A stretch of DNA of 64,000 nucleotides from contig JBJTOK010000030.1 of NCBI GenBank assembly GCA_046074525.1, forward strand, positions 4,845 through 68,844. Reading direction: 5' to 3'. The notes under the pieces were generated by a model, which was not told the DNA's origin, searched no databases, and saw only the letters and a list, made by a program, of their open reading frames with translations. The number at the start of each line of letters is the position of its first letter. Positions within the stretch are counted from its first letter, which is position 1. Source of the stretch: Flavobacteriales bacterium (GTDB lineage Bacteria; Bacteroidota; Bacteroidia; Flavobacteriales_C; GCA-002722245). The translations under genes and the position numbers were made by a program. Below, piece after piece: positions 20,285 through 31,349 of this stretch.

Positions 20285-23044
20285 ATGAATCTCAAAACAC
20301 GTATTCTGCTTTTCATTTTATCCCTTCCTGGTTATTTGATTGCACAGCAATACGTTTTAAAGGGCTTTATTGCTGATAGCAGTGAGCATGCTGTGCCAGC
20401 GGAAGTTTCTCTATATATAATGGATTCCATGACTTATAAGGTCAATACCGATTCCACTGGTTTCTTTGAAGTAAAAGTGAAAAGCGGAATGTACCTGCTC
20501 AATATTCAGTCGCCGGCATTTAAGGACTATCAGAGGAGTGTGAATGTGCAATCCGATACTAATCTTCAGAAAATTTACCTCCGGCCCAATGGCGTTAAGG
20601 AAATTAAAATCATCAGGGCTCCCGGCGTTGCGCAAAAAGGAGATACCACACAGTACAGTGCCAAAGCCTATAAAACCAATCCCGACGCCAGTGCTGAAGA
20701 CCTCGTGAAGAAAATGCCGGGCATCACCATTGAGAATGGAACTGTAAAGGCTCAGGGGGAAGAGGTAAAGAACGTGACGGTGGATGGCAAAGTGTTTTTT
20801 GGCGATGATGCAAACATCGCATTGAAAAATCTCTCAGCTGATATGATAGATAAAGTGGAGGTTTTTGACCAGTGGAGCGATCAGGCTCAGTTTACGGGTT
20901 TTGATGATGGCAACTCACAGAAAGCAATCAATATAGTTACCAAATCGCAGACGAAGAACGGTACTTTCGGAAAGCTCTATGGGGGATACGGTGCTGACAA
21001 TCGTTACCAGGCCGGGGGAACTTTGAACCTCTTTAATAAGCACCGCAGATTTTCTCTTTTGGGTATGAGTAACAACATCAACCAGCAAAATTTTTCGATG
21101 CAGGATATTCTTGCTGCTACAGGAGGATCGGCACCTATGCCCGGTCGCGGCGGAGGAAATAGTCCTGCAAATAATTTCCTCCAGCCCTCGCAATCGGGCA
21201 TCACTTCGGTGAATTCCTTTGGGATCAATTACAGTGATCAATGGAGCAAAAAGATGAAGGTAACAGCCAGTTATTTTTTTACCAATTCCAGCAATGTGAA
21301 CCAGCAGAATTTGTCGCGACAGTTTTTTTCTCCCAATGACAGCAGCTTGTATTACGATGAAATTGGCGATTACAACAACGCTTCCTTCAATCATCGCATC
21401 AATGCCAAGCTGGAGTATGCGATGGATACCATGAATTCCTTCATCTTTACTCCAAATATCAGTTTCCAGAATGGCTTTGTGAACAACGGTATCCAGGGAC
21501 AAAATTCTCTTATGCAGAGTATCCTGTACACCAGATCGCAAAATACTTATGAAAGCGAAAGCAATGGCTACCGCATTTCCAATGAATTGTTATACCGACA
21601 TAAATTTCAAAAAAAGGGAAGAACACTTTCTTTAAGTGTTAAGAATGATTTGAATAGCAAAAGCGCTGACAATACTCTCAAGGCGCTAAACACCTATTAC
21701 CTTACATCCGTGATCGATACGCTGGATCAGCTCAGTAAGCAGTATGCGCCCGGTGAAAGTTATATTGCCAATGCCACCTACACCGAGCCACTGGGCAGAA
21801 TATCGCAACTGATGTTGAATTACAAAGCGGCTTATAGCAGCAGTACTTCATTGGTGGAAACCAATCATTATGATTTCAATACTCAGGAATATTCTGTATT
21901 TGATACTACTTTGTCCAGTCGCCTCCAAAGCAATTACCTCACGTACCAGCCCGGCTTGGCTTATCGTGTGAACATCAAGAAAGTCAATGCTTCTGTAGGA
22001 ATGGATTACCAAAGGGTGCACATGTTCAACACACAAGCGCTGCCATATTCATCGGAAGTCAGTCGCACTTTTGAAAGTCTCCTGCCCAATGCAATGTTGC
22101 GGGTGAAGTTCTCTTCAAAAAGCAATATCCGTTTGTTCTACCGTACACAAATCAATTTGCCTTCTGTGAATCAATTGCAGGAAGTGTGGAACAACTCCAA
22201 TCCTTTGTTATTGTACACCGGTAATTCGGCCTTGAAGGCGCAATACGCCAACAACGTGAATTTGAGATACACCTATACCGATCCTTCCACTTCCCGCAGT
22301 TTTATGGTGTTTGCGAATATTAATTCTACCCATAACTATGTAACTAATGCTACCGAAGTGATGCTTAATGATACCATAATGGATGACGGAAAGGCATTGC
22401 AAAAAGGAACGCGTATTACCATGCCGGTGAATATGGGTGGTTACTGGAGTGCCCGATCGCACTGGGTTTTCAGTACGCCGGTTAAAAAGCTGAAATCGAA
22501 TTTCAGTTCGGCTAGCGGATTTAATTATTCTTCAATTCCTGCTTTGGTGAACAAGCAGAAAAGCTTTTCCGATTCTTATACCATGATGGAAGGACTTAAT
22601 TTATCGAGCAATATCAGCGAGAAAATAGATTTTACTATATCCACAACCGCCAATTACAATATTGTGCGCAATACTTTGCAGAACACGAATTACAATTACT
22701 TCTACCTGCTGTCTTCTTTCAAGATGTCGTATACTTTCTGGAAAGGAATGGTGCTGCAAACCGATGTAAACCATACCTACTACACTGGGCTGGGCCAGAA
22801 CTTTAACCTCAATTACTTCTTGTGGAATGCTGCTTTGGCGAAGAAACTCTTCAAGGGAGATGCCGGCGAAATAAAGGTTTCGGTGTTTGATATCCTGAAA
22901 CAAAACAACAGCGTTTCTCGAACAGTGAGCGATACTTACGTGGATGACTTGAGAAACGTGGTGCTGCAGCAATATTTCATGCTCACCTTCACGTATAAAA
23001 TCAAGAAAATTGCAGCGACCGATGAGATTCCTGCCAAGCAATAG
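20285..23044 (+). CDS. TonB-dependent-receptor-like outer membrane beta-barrel protein
   Basis: Signal peptide; carboxypeptidase-regulatory-like N-terminus; KGDTTQY..EDLVKKMPG..VDGKVFFGDD plug; C-terminal YFMLTFTY strand. Confidence 0.85.
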   Translation: MNLKTRILLFILSLPGYLIAQQYVLKGFIADSSEHAVPAEVSLYIMDSMTYKVNTDSTGFFEVKVKSGMYLLNIQSPAFKDYQRSVNVQSDTNLQKIYLRPNGVKEIKIIRAPGVAQKGDTTQYSAKAYKTNPDASAEDLVKKMPGITIENGTVKAQGEEVKNVTVDGKVFFGDDANIALKNLSADMIDKVEVFDQWSDQAQFTGFDDGNSQKAINIVTKSQTKNGTFGKLYGGYGADNRYQAGGTLNLFNKHRRFSLLGMSNNINQQNFSMQDILAATGGSAPMPGRGGGNSPANNFLQPSQSGITSVNSFGINYSDQWSKKMKVTASYFFTNSSNVNQQNLSRQFFSPNDSSLYYDEIGDYNNASFNHRINAKLEYAMDTMNSFIFTPNISFQNGFVNNGIQGQNSLMQSILYTRSQNTYESESNGYRISNELLYRHKFQKKGRTLSLSVKNDLNSKSADNTLKALNTYYLTSVIDTLDQLSKQYAPGESYIANATYTEPLGRISQLMLNYKAAYSSSTSLVETNHYDFNTQEYSVFDTTLSSRLQSNYLTYQPGLAYRVNIKKVNASVGMDYQRVHMFNTQALPYSSEVSRTFESLLPNAMLRVKFSSKSNIRLFYRTQINLPSVNQLQEVWNNSNPLLLYTGNSALKAQYANNVNLRYTYTDPSTSRSFMVFANINSTHNYVTNATEVMLNDTIMDDGKALQKGTRITMPVNMGGYWSARSHWVFSTPVKKLKSNFSSASGFNYSSIPALVNKQKSFSDSYTMMEGLNLSSNISEKIDFTISTTANYNIVRNTLQNTNYNYFYLLSSFKMSYTFWKGMVLQTDVNHTYYTGLGQNFNLNYFLWNAALAKKLFKGDAGEIKVSVFDILKQNNSVSRTVSDTYVDDLRNVVLQQYFMLTFTYKIKKIAATDEIPAKQ

Positions 23045-23170
23045 AAACTTTATTTGCGTTTTCCGGTTTAAATAACCTCAACATTTTTCCTTTATCTGTG
23101 GGCTTGTATGCTAAAATTGTTATTTTTGGTTGCGTCTCGCAAGAGGTATTAAAAACAAAACACTTACTAT

Positions 23171-25441
23171 ATGGCTTTTGACATTGACATGATTAAGGCG
23201 GTTTACGCCAAGTTCCCTTCCAGAGTAAACACTGCAAGAAAGGTAGTCGGGAAACCTTTAACCCTCACCGAAAAAATATTGTACGCCCACTTGTGGCAAG
23301 GGGATGCGACTGAAGCTTACGGTCGGGGAAAGTCTTACGTAGATTTCGCTCCGGATCGTATTGCCTGCCAGGATGCTACCGCACAAATGGCGTTGTTGCA
23401 ATTCATGCATGCCGGAAAAAGTAAGGTGGCTGTACCTACTACAGTTCACGCCGATCACTTGATTCAAGCCAAGCTGGGAGCCAAACAGGATTTGAGCTCA
23501 TCAGCTATTACCAATAAAGAAGTTTTCGATTTCTTAAGCGCTGTATCCAACAAATACGGCATCGGTTTCTGGAAACCGGGTGCTGGTATCATTCACCAGG
23601 TAGTATTGGAAAATTATGCTTTTCCTGGCGGTATGATGATTGGTACCGACTCCCACACTGTTAACGCAGGTGGTTTAGGTATGGTGGCCATCGGTGTTGG
23701 TGGTGCTGACGCGGTGGATGTTATGGCAGGTATGGCCTGGGAATTGAAATTCCCTAAACTCATCGGTGTGAAACTCACTGGTAAGATGAATGGCTGGACA
23801 GCCTCTAAAGACGTTATTTTGAAAGTAGCCGGTATCCTTACTGTAAAAGGTGGAACAGGTTGTATCGTTGAATATTTCGGCGAAGGTGCGCAATCACTGA
23901 GCTGTACAGGTAAAGGAACCATCTGTAACATGGGTGCTGAAATTGGAGCTACCACTTCTACTTTCGGTTACGATGAAGCCATGGAAAGATACCTGCGCTC
24001 TACCGGCCGTAACGATGTGGCTGATGCTGCTAACGCTGTAAAAGAGCATTTGACTGCCGACCCTGAAGTGTATGCAAACCCTGAAAAATATTTCGACCAG
24101 GTGATTGAAATCAACCTGAGCGAACTCGAGCCACATGTAAATGGTCCATTTACTCCCGACAGAGCTACGCCTATTTCTAAATTGAAAGAGGAAGCTGTAG
24201 CCAACGGATGGCCATTGAAAATTGAGTGGGGCCTCATCGGTTCTTGTACCAACTCTTCTTATGAAGATTTGTCGAGAGCTGCTTCTATCGCCACACAAGC
24301 CGTGAACAAAGGTTTGAAAACCAAAGCAGAATTTGGTATCAACCCTGGTTCTGAACAAGTGCGCTACACTGCCGAGAGAGATGGATTACTTGCTCCTTTC
24401 GAGAAAGTAAATGCTACTTTGTTTACCAATGCCTGCGGACCATGTATCGGTCAGTGGGATCGTGCAGGTGCCGACAAGAAAGAAAAAAATACCATCATCC
24501 ACTCCTTCAACAGAAACTTCGCGAAGCGTGCCGATGGTAACCCGAATACTTATGCTTTCGTGGCTTCCCCTGAAATTGTTGCCGCTCTGGCCATTGCAGG
24601 TGACCTCGGATTCAATCCATTGAAAGATACTTTAACCAACGATAAAGGAGAACAAGTAAAATTGGAAGCTCCGAAGGGAGACGAGTTACCAGCAAAAGGA
24701 TTTGCTGTGGAAGATAACGGTTACCAGGCTCCTGCAGCTGACGGTTCTAAAGTAGTAGTAAGCGTGGATGCTAAATCTGATCGTTTACAATTGCTCGCTC
24801 CATTTGCTCCATGGAACAAGAAAAACATTACAGGTGCGAAACTCCTGATTAAAGCGAAAGGAAAATGTACTACCGACCACATCTCTATGGCTGGTCCATG
24901 GTTGAAATTCCGCGGTCACCTGGATAATATTTCCAACAACTGCCTGATCGGTGCGGTGAATGCTTTCAGCGACGAAACCAATAAGGTGAAAAACCAACTC
25001 ACTGGTGCTTACGGCGAAGTTCCGGCTGTAGCCCGTGCTTACAAAGCAGCTGGTGTCCCTTCTATCGTTGTTGGTGATGAAAACTACGGTGAAGGTTCTT
25101 CAAGAGAGCACGCTGCAATGGAGCCGCGTCACTTAGGTACAGTAGCGGTATTGGTGCGTTCTTTCGCCCGTATCCACGAAACCAACCTGAAGAAACAAGG
25201 TATGTTGGCTCTGACTTTCGCTAATCCTGTGGATTACGATAAGATCCAGGAAGATGATACTATTGATTTCCTCGACCTTGAGCAATTCGCTCCGGGCAAG
25301 CCACTGACTTTAAAATTCACGCATGCCAACGGTACTGCTGATGAGATCAAGTGCAACCACACTTACAACGATAGTCAGATCGGCTGGTTCGTTGCGGGTT
25401 CTGCACTCAACCTTATCGCTGCTGAAGCTGCGAAGAACTAA
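23171..25441 (+). CDS. Aconitate hydratase (mitochondrial-like type)
   Basis: [38 protein letters not shown] and GSSREHA motifs. Confidence 0.97.
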   Translation: MAFDIDMIKAVYAKFPSRVNTARKVVGKPLTLTEKILYAHLWQGDATEAYGRGKSYVDFAPDRIACQDATAQMALLQFMHAGKSKVAVPTTVHADHLIQAKLGAKQDLSSSAITNKEVFDFLSAVSNKYGIGFWKPGAGIIHQVVLENYAFPGGMMIGTDSHTVNAGGLGMVAIGVGGADAVDVMAGMAWELKFPKLIGVKLTGKMNGWTASKDVILKVAGILTVKGGTGCIVEYFGEGAQSLSCTGKGTICNMGAEIGATTSTFGYDEAMERYLRSTGRNDVADAANAVKEHLTADPEVYANPEKYFDQVIEINLSELEPHVNGPFTPDRATPISKLKEEAVANGWPLKIEWGLIGSCTNSSYEDLSRAASIATQAVNKGLKTKAEFGINPGSEQVRYTAERDGLLAPFEKVNATLFTNACGPCIGQWDRAGADKKEKNTIIHSFNRNFAKRADGNPNTYAFVASPEIVAALAIAGDLGFNPLKDTLTNDKGEQVKLEAPKGDELPAKGFAVEDNGYQAPAADGSKVVVSVDAKSDRLQLLAPFAPWNKKNITGAKLLIKAKGKCTTDHISMAGPWLKFRGHLDNISNNCLIGAVNAFSDETNKVKNQLTGAYGEVPAVARAYKAAGVPSIVVGDENYGEGSSREHAAMEPRHLGTVAVLVRSFARIHETNLKKQGMLALTFANPVDYDKIQEDDTIDFLDLEQFAPGKPLTLKFTHANGTADEIKCNHTYNDSQIGWFVAGSALNLIAAEAAKN

Positions 25442-25461
25442 GAATAGAATTCTTGTCAATG

Positions 25462-25494
25462 AAAAAATCCGCTGGTGAAACCAGCGGATTTTTT
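25462..25494 (+). terminator. Intrinsic terminator after aconitase
   Basis: AAAAAATCCGCTGGT-gaa-ACCAGCGGATTTTTT. Confidence 0.9.
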
Positions 25495-25636
25495 ATATGT
25501 GAAAGATGGGCTGAGTAAAAAATTCCCATTTTTTTTGCTTTTTGCTATGCAAAAAAATTATTTTTGCCCCCCCAGATAAGAATTTGTAATTGATATTTCC
25601 GCCACAAACATTATTAATCATTTTAATTCATTTGTT

Positions 25637-26284
25637 ATGAAACTGAAAAAAGTTTTTTTCTCCATTTTCTTTTTTTCCTTCCTAATTGTATCTGCACAAG
25701 ATGCAAATTCTTTTTTCTCATCTTTAATACGCTCAAGAGGATACACTTATATTTATACTAACGGATCCATTACAAACCCCAGCCCGACAGGGGATTTTTG
25801 TTTAGGTACTTCTTTGTTTGGGTTTGAGTATGGTCTAAGGAAGAATATTAAGGATCTGGATGCGAACAATGCAATTTCTGTGGGTTTATATCCTTCAGTG
25901 CACGCCAGCTATTTTGTTGGCAATGTCTTGGGATTTGGCTCTATTAGTATACCGCTTTTGGTAGAGTATAATCATGGAAATGTTTCTTCCTGGGAAGCGG
26001 ATATGGACAAGGGCTTTGTATTAGGATTGGGGCTTGATTTCAGAGTAGCGCCTCTGTTTGTTCGTACTTATGATTTAGCCTCAACCGACATTCGCCGAGC
26101 TTACCTTCAAGGTTTAGGGAAGGTAGGATATAGGTATTGGGGAAGAGATAATAAACCGAGAGAAATCAGTTTGCGTATTGGAGCAGGATTTGTTTCGCAG
26201 GATATTTCAGAAGAGGACTATTTCTTTAGTTCAGCCAGGTCTCTTAGCGCTGAATTGTACTGGACAAAATACCTCAATTACTAA
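25637..26284 (+). CDS. Hypothetical outer-membrane beta-barrel-like protein
   Basis: Signal peptide, alternating aromatic/Gly strands, terminal Tyr. Confidence 0.6.
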   Translation: MKLKKVFFSIFFFSFLIVSAQDANSFFSSLIRSRGYTYIYTNGSITNPSPTGDFCLGTSLFGFEYGLRKNIKDLDANNAISVGLYPSVHASYFVGNVLGFGSISIPLLVEYNHGNVSSWEADMDKGFVLGLGLDFRVAPLFVRTYDLASTDIRRAYLQGLGKVGYRYWGRDNKPREISLRIGAGFVSQDISEEDYFFSSARSLSAELYWTKYLNY

Positions 26285-26289
26285 AAAGG

Positions 26290-26982
26290 ATGAGAAAGAG
26301 CATATTTTGCTTCAGCTTGATTCTATTGATATGCATTGCTCCAATGTTTGCGGGTGAGGATTCACCTGATTTCAAGAATCGCTTTATCAGATCTTGGTCG
26401 ATAACTCCTTTTTCATCTTTTAATGCAAGCCCTATTGGAGAATGCCCAGTAAATGTGGATTCAAAAGGCTATATTTCTCCCACGTTTACAATTAACGGCA
26501 TATGGTATCATCACCACTTCCGCTATAATTTACATGAGTTTAATTCAGAGAATGCAATTGGATTGAATGTTGCTCCAAGTGTGGGCCTGGTCGCCTGCTT
26601 GAATACAAATGTTGACGGTGTGGGAGTAGGACATTTTACTTTTCCTTTGTACGTCAGTTATGAAACTGGTGCAGGATCCACTTATGCTTCGGAAAAAGAT
26701 TTAGGATATTCCTTCGGTTTAGGATTGGAATATCATTTATTGCCTTTTTTCTTTGCGGGGAGTATTAATGAAAGTCGTGCAGAGTACGCTAACAGAAGTT
26801 TTTTAGTTCCTGTGCTCACCTTTTCTTCAAGGAAGTGGGCGGAGAATTCAGCACACCTGATTTCAAGAAATTTCAAATTTGGAATATTGCCTTACAGCTA
26901 TATGAATTATGACGAAATGCGAAAGGTAAATTCGGTTGTGTTTACGTTTAATTTTTCGTTTGGGACATTTTTAAGGTACTAA
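26290..26982 (+). CDS. Hypothetical outer-membrane beta-barrel-like protein, probable paralog of the upstream gene
   Basis: Shares NAI.....P, P...Y..G..S.....D.G...GLGL and a terminal (Y/F)L.Y pattern with 25637-26284. Confidence 0.6.
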   Translation: MRKSIFCFSLILLICIAPMFAGEDSPDFKNRFIRSWSITPFSSFNASPIGECPVNVDSKGYISPTFTINGIWYHHHFRYNLHEFNSENAIGLNVAPSVGLVACLNTNVDGVGVGHFTFPLYVSYETGAGSTYASEKDLGYSFGLGLEYHLLPFFFAGSINESRAEYANRSFLVPVLTFSSRKWAENSAHLISRNFKFGILPYSYMNYDEMRKVNSVVFTFNFSFGTFLRY

Positions 26983-26985
26983 GAA

Positions 26986-28950
26986 ATGAGAAAAGAGCTT
27001 CTTTTTTTTGTAATTATTATTTTTTGTTTATTCAATTCTCTAGCTTTTGCTCAGTCCTTAAGTGTTGCTGAAAGGGTAGAAAAAGGTAAAAAACTCCGGG
27101 AAAAATATCCTAACGAAGAATGCGTTTCGCCTGAAGCGAGCATTGAAATTTCTTTTGAAATGGGTTTGCCCAGCAGCGCTCGCAATAAATCGGAACTGGA
27201 CCAGGATGGTGCCTTGCAAAGCACTATAAAGACCAGCTGCAGCTTGGTGGCATTAAAGGACAATACACTGTTTAAAGAGCAAGTTTTTTATGGTGATTAC
27301 TCGACAGTAAATTCTATACTGCATTTTGACGAGAATAAAAGAAGGGCGTACGTTGTAGAAAATGATTTCGCATACGAGGATAATAATATTTTTAGTAATG
27401 ATCTTCGCTATAAAGAGTTCAGTTTTGCTTTAGGTTCCTTAGGCACAGAGTCAAGCTATCAGATAAAAGAAACCTATAAGGATGTGAAATATGTAACTAA
27501 ATTTTTCTTTCACGATAAATTCTTCACTGAGAAAAAGACAATTATTATTGATGTTCCCGACTGGATGGAAGTGGAAATCCGTGAATTTAATTTTCAGGGG
27601 TATACAATTACGCATAGCCAAAAAACGATGACAGTAAAATCTGCATCATTTACCCGCCATGAGTACAGGGCTGAAAATCTGAATAAAATGGAAATGGAAA
27701 AGAATGGAGTTAATCCTTCATTTACTTATCCTCATATAGTAATCATTTCAAAATCCTATAGTTTAAAGGGAGAAAAGCACGCCCTTATAGGTTCTGTTGA
27801 TGATTTATATGGCTGGTACTCTTCCCTTACAAAGGATTTGAATTATAGCGATACTTCTTATATTAATAAAACAGCAGAAATCATCAAAAATTGCAAGTCT
27901 GATGAAGAAAGAATTAAAACCATTTATTACTGGGTTCAGGATAATATAAAGTATATCGCCTTTGAGTCAGGACTGGCTGGATTTCGACCTATGGAAGCAC
28001 ATTTGGTTTACAAAAACCGATATGGCGATTGCAAGGGAATGGCTAACCTGCTTAAGGCTATGTTAATGAGCGCTGGTTTTGACGCCCGGCTGACCTGGAT
28101 AGGAACCGCTGATATTCCTTATGATTATTCTCTTCCTTCGCTTTGTGTGGACAATCACATGATATGTAGTTTAAAGTACAAAGGCAAATGGTATTTCCTT
28201 GATGGAACAGAAAAATACCAAAATTTTGGATCCAACGCTTTTCGAATAAGAGGTCGACAGGTATTGATAGAAAATCCTGACAAAAAAGCATTTGTAGAAT
28301 CTGTTCCCACAGAGTATGGTATTTCAGATTTACAAACCAGAAAAATTAATGTAACAGTATCCGGAACCAAACTTATTGGAAAGGCGGACATCGTTTTTTC
28401 GGGTGAGCAAAAAAATGGCTTTCTATATTATAAAAATTATGTGAGTAAGGATGATGAAAAAAAAGTGAATAAGATGATTTTTGCGAATAACGATCCTTCC
28501 ATTACGGTTACAAATTTGGAGTGTATGAACTGTAATCAAAGAGATTCGGCTCTTAAATTCAACTATAGTTTTGAAGCGGAGAATAAAGTCAATGAATTTG
28601 ATCATGAGTTATATATTGACTTTGATCTTGATAAGGAATTTGTTGGTTTTGAAAAGGACACCAATAGGATCAGTAATTTGTCTTTTCACGAGTACATAGA
28701 TATAAAAACACAAATAATCATCACCATTCCTGCTGGGTATAAAGTAAAACACTTGCCAGTACCTGTATTATATAATGAAGATGAATTTACTGTATTTACC
28801 CATGTTGAGAATAAGCAGGGAAAGCTGGTGTATAATAAGGAAATCAGAATTCCGAAAGGAGTGATTACTGTAGCCAAATACGCTGAGTTTGAAGCTGCAA
28901 TGGATGAATTAAAAACGTTTTATAAGGATCAAATAATTTTTGAAAAATGA
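26986..28950 (+). CDS. DUF3857/transglutaminase-like domain protein
   Basis: IYYWVQDNIKY, YGDCKGMANL (Cys), DNHMIC (His) and FLDGT (Asp) triad. Confidence 0.88.
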   Translation: MRKELLFFVIIIFCLFNSLAFAQSLSVAERVEKGKKLREKYPNEECVSPEASIEISFEMGLPSSARNKSELDQDGALQSTIKTSCSLVALKDNTLFKEQVFYGDYSTVNSILHFDENKRRAYVVENDFAYEDNNIFSNDLRYKEFSFALGSLGTESSYQIKETYKDVKYVTKFFFHDKFFTEKKTIIIDVPDWMEVEIREFNFQGYTITHSQKTMTVKSASFTRHEYRAENLNKMEMEKNGVNPSFTYPHIVIISKSYSLKGEKHALIGSVDDLYGWYSSLTKDLNYSDTSYINKTAEIIKNCKSDEERIKTIYYWVQDNIKYIAFESGLAGFRPMEAHLVYKNRYGDCKGMANLLKAMLMSAGFDARLTWIGTADIPYDYSLPSLCVDNHMICSLKYKGKWYFLDGTEKYQNFGSNAFRIRGRQVLIENPDKKAFVESVPTEYGISDLQTRKINVTVSGTKLIGKADIVFSGEQKNGFLYYKNYVSKDDEKKVNKMIFANNDPSITVTNLECMNCNQRDSALKFNYSFEAENKVNEFDHELYIDFDLDKEFVGFEKDTNRISNLSFHEYIDIKTQIIITIPAGYKVKHLPVPVLYNEDEFTVFTHVENKQGKLVYNKEIRIPKGVITVAKYAEFEAAMDELKTFYKDQIIFEK

Positions 28951-31250
28951 GACATCTCACGGCAATAATTTTTATTCTGGCATTTTTAATGCCGATAGTT
29001 GGTTTTACCCAAACCCCAAAAAAAACTCAGTCTGAGCTTCGGCAGGAAATGTTGGCGAAAAAGAAGGAAACTGTGGCTTATGCTTCCGAAAAGCCTGAGT
29101 TCAAGATCAATCAGGCGCCTGATAAATGGAAAAATGAGTCGGCAGTCATTCTAGCAGAAGAATATAAATATGAATACGATTTTAAATCGCATAAGGATGG
29201 GAATATGAATCAGATAAGCAATCTGATTTTTAAAGAAAAAGTAAGAAAAAGGATTCTTATCCAAGACAAAATGGCTTTGGAGCACTTTTCACAATTTTAT
29301 TTTTACGGGAACACAGATGAAAAATTCATACATATCATTAAACCTGACGGGAGAGTAATTTCGGTGGATATGAAAGCTGCCGTGAAAGTTGAGTCGGACA
29401 TCCCTGGCTACTATACTTCTTACGCTATGGCAAAGCACAAGTATGAAAAATTAGCCGTTGCAGAATTGGAAGTGGGAGATATTATTGATTATAGTTTTTC
29501 TGACATGGCAGATTACGAATACATGGCCAGTACCCATACCTACCTGGATTATCCTGCCATTGTCGTTCCGTTGAAGTCGAAGTACCCAATGATGTATCAG
29601 AATATCGAGTTCCATATGGAAAGGACAAACTTCCTTACTACCAGAAGTCTGAATGGTGCACCTTCTATTCAGCAAAGACCTGAATCCGATAGAAAGTATA
29701 GTGATTATTTTATTGAATCCCGCGATGTTGAAAGGAAGAATGCAGAGCCATGGGATTATCAATTGTTGGAAGATCCTATTATTAAGTTTCAGGTGGTTTA
29801 TTGTATGCTTGCCAAAAGAAAGGAAATCCCTATGTTTTTCCCTCCAGAGAAGATCGGAGAGCTGAAAAAGGATATCACTCTTGATGAAATCAAGTTAAAG
29901 ATAAATGAGTGTTTGAATTCAATGAGTTTGAGATATTCGGCCATTGCTGTGCAAGATGCAGAAGCAATAATTAACCTAATGAAACGAACTCATCCGGACG
30001 TTGTCGATCAGCAAACTTACTTGAAGTATGCTTATTATATGTATAGGAATATGAAACTTAATCCCCTAAAAATGTATGGTTCATTCAATCCTTATATGGC
30101 TATTTACGATGCCCAGGGAATGAGTCCTTATCTTTCCATGTATGGTCAGGGGACAATCAATGAATTTGAATTTCTGGAAATGGTAAAGGCAATCTGTAAA
30201 AGAAAGAAATGGGATTGCCGAGTAGGAATTGGTATTCCACGCGAATTAGGGAAAATCGAAAACATTATTTCTATGTATGACCTTGAGTTTTTTCCTGTTG
30301 TGGATGGCATAGCTATTTTTAAAGGTACCAGTTATAGTTTGTACTCGGGATCGAAGGAATACCTTGATGGAACAAAGGCTTATTTAATAAAAAACAATCG
30401 GAATGCAAAAGTGATTGAATTTGATGACTACGAAATCAATAAGACCACCTTCACTGATAACGTTGCTGAAGATATCTATACTGTTAATTTGGACCTGACT
30501 AATTTAATGACCACTGTGAGAGATTCTTCTGTTACTGGTGGTTATTGCAATGAGTTGAATCGAGAGGTTATATTTAGTAATGAAGACATTTGGGCAAATG
30601 AAAACGAGATTACCGGAGAAAGAAAGGCAGCAGAGAAAACCAGCAAGAATAAGTCGGCCAGCGGTGGTAATAAAAAAAGAGAAGAAGAAAGAAAACGAAT
30701 AGAGGATGAAGCGAAGGAAACAAAAAGAAAGGAAAAGCTAGATAAATTAAAATCTTTGATCGAAGAGGATGGCCTGGTAGTGGATAAGATGCTTGATTTT
30801 ACTTTGTGTAAAGATGGAAGATCTGAACTGAATCCTAATAGGATATATACAACCTCCTACGTCTTGAAAGACCTTTTAAGCAGAGTAGGAAGCAATTATT
30901 TGTTGAATGTTGGGAAAATAATAGGCGAACAATATATTGTTAAAGAGGAAAATATTTCCCGCGTCAATAATATACATATTGATTACGCTGTTTCATATAA
31001 AAATAGGGTAGAAGTTATTATTCCTTATGGTTACACAGTTAGTGGTTTTGATAAGTTGATTCAGAAGGTAGACAATGATTATTTGTCCTTTGAGGTAAAG
31101 GCCAAAGTTGAAAATGGAAAGTTGATCATTGAAACCGAGAAAATATACAAACAAAAAGATTTCGCTAAAGAAAACTGGTCGGAAATGTGCAAGTCGTTAA
31201 AAGCTGCACAGAATTTTAACGAAGCAAAAGTCATGCTTAAGAAGCTTTAG
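28947..31250 (+). CDS. DUF3857-domain protein without a recognisable catalytic triad
   Basis: ESAVIL, IIKPDG, LEVGDIIDY and C-terminal IPYGYTV motifs; overlaps the upstream gene by 4 nt. Confidence 0.78.
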   Translation: MRHLTAIIFILAFLMPIVGFTQTPKKTQSELRQEMLAKKKETVAYASEKPEFKINQAPDKWKNESAVILAEEYKYEYDFKSHKDGNMNQISNLIFKEKVRKRILIQDKMALEHFSQFYFYGNTDEKFIHIIKPDGRVISVDMKAAVKVESDIPGYYTSYAMAKHKYEKLAVAELEVGDIIDYSFSDMADYEYMASTHTYLDYPAIVVPLKSKYPMMYQNIEFHMERTNFLTTRSLNGAPSIQQRPESDRKYSDYFIESRDVERKNAEPWDYQLLEDPIIKFQVVYCMLAKRKEIPMFFPPEKIGELKKDITLDEIKLKINECLNSMSLRYSAIAVQDAEAIINLMKRTHPDVVDQQTYLKYAYYMYRNMKLNPLKMYGSFNPYMAIYDAQGMSPYLSMYGQGTINEFEFLEMVKAICKRKKWDCRVGIGIPRELGKIENIISMYDLEFFPVVDGIAIFKGTSYSLYSGSKEYLDGTKAYLIKNNRNAKVIEFDDYEINKTTFTDNVAEDIYTVNLDLTNLMTTVRDSSVTGGYCNELNREVIFSNEDIWANENEITGERKAAEKTSKNKSASGGNKKREEERKRIEDEAKETKRKEKLDKLKSLIEEDGLVVDKMLDFTLCKDGRSELNPNRIYTTSYVLKDLLSRVGSNYLLNVGKIIGEQYIVKEENISRVNNIHIDYAVSYKNRVEVIIPYGYTVSGFDKLIQKVDNDYLSFEVKAKVENGKLIIETEKIYKQKDFAKENWSEMCKSLKAAQNFNEAKVMLKKL

Positions 31251-31271
31251 AATAGTAGAAATGTTTAATGG

Positions 31272-31303
31272 AAATCCGTTGGTGTTTACCAGCGGATTTT
31301 TTT
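31272..31303 (+). terminator. Intrinsic terminator, near copy of the one after aconitase
   Basis: AAATCCGTTGGT-gttt-ACCAGCGGATTT followed by a T tract. Confidence 0.85.
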
Positions 31304-31349
31304 GTTTGCTAACGGCTAGAATTGATAGAGCTTAAGATGGATAAGGTTA

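Noticed and set aside
19865-20376. Short ORFs 19865-20056 (-) and 20191-20376 (+)
   Set aside because: Low-complexity AT-rich frames overlapping promoter, terminator or gene-start sequence; the region is better explained by the sRNA candidate
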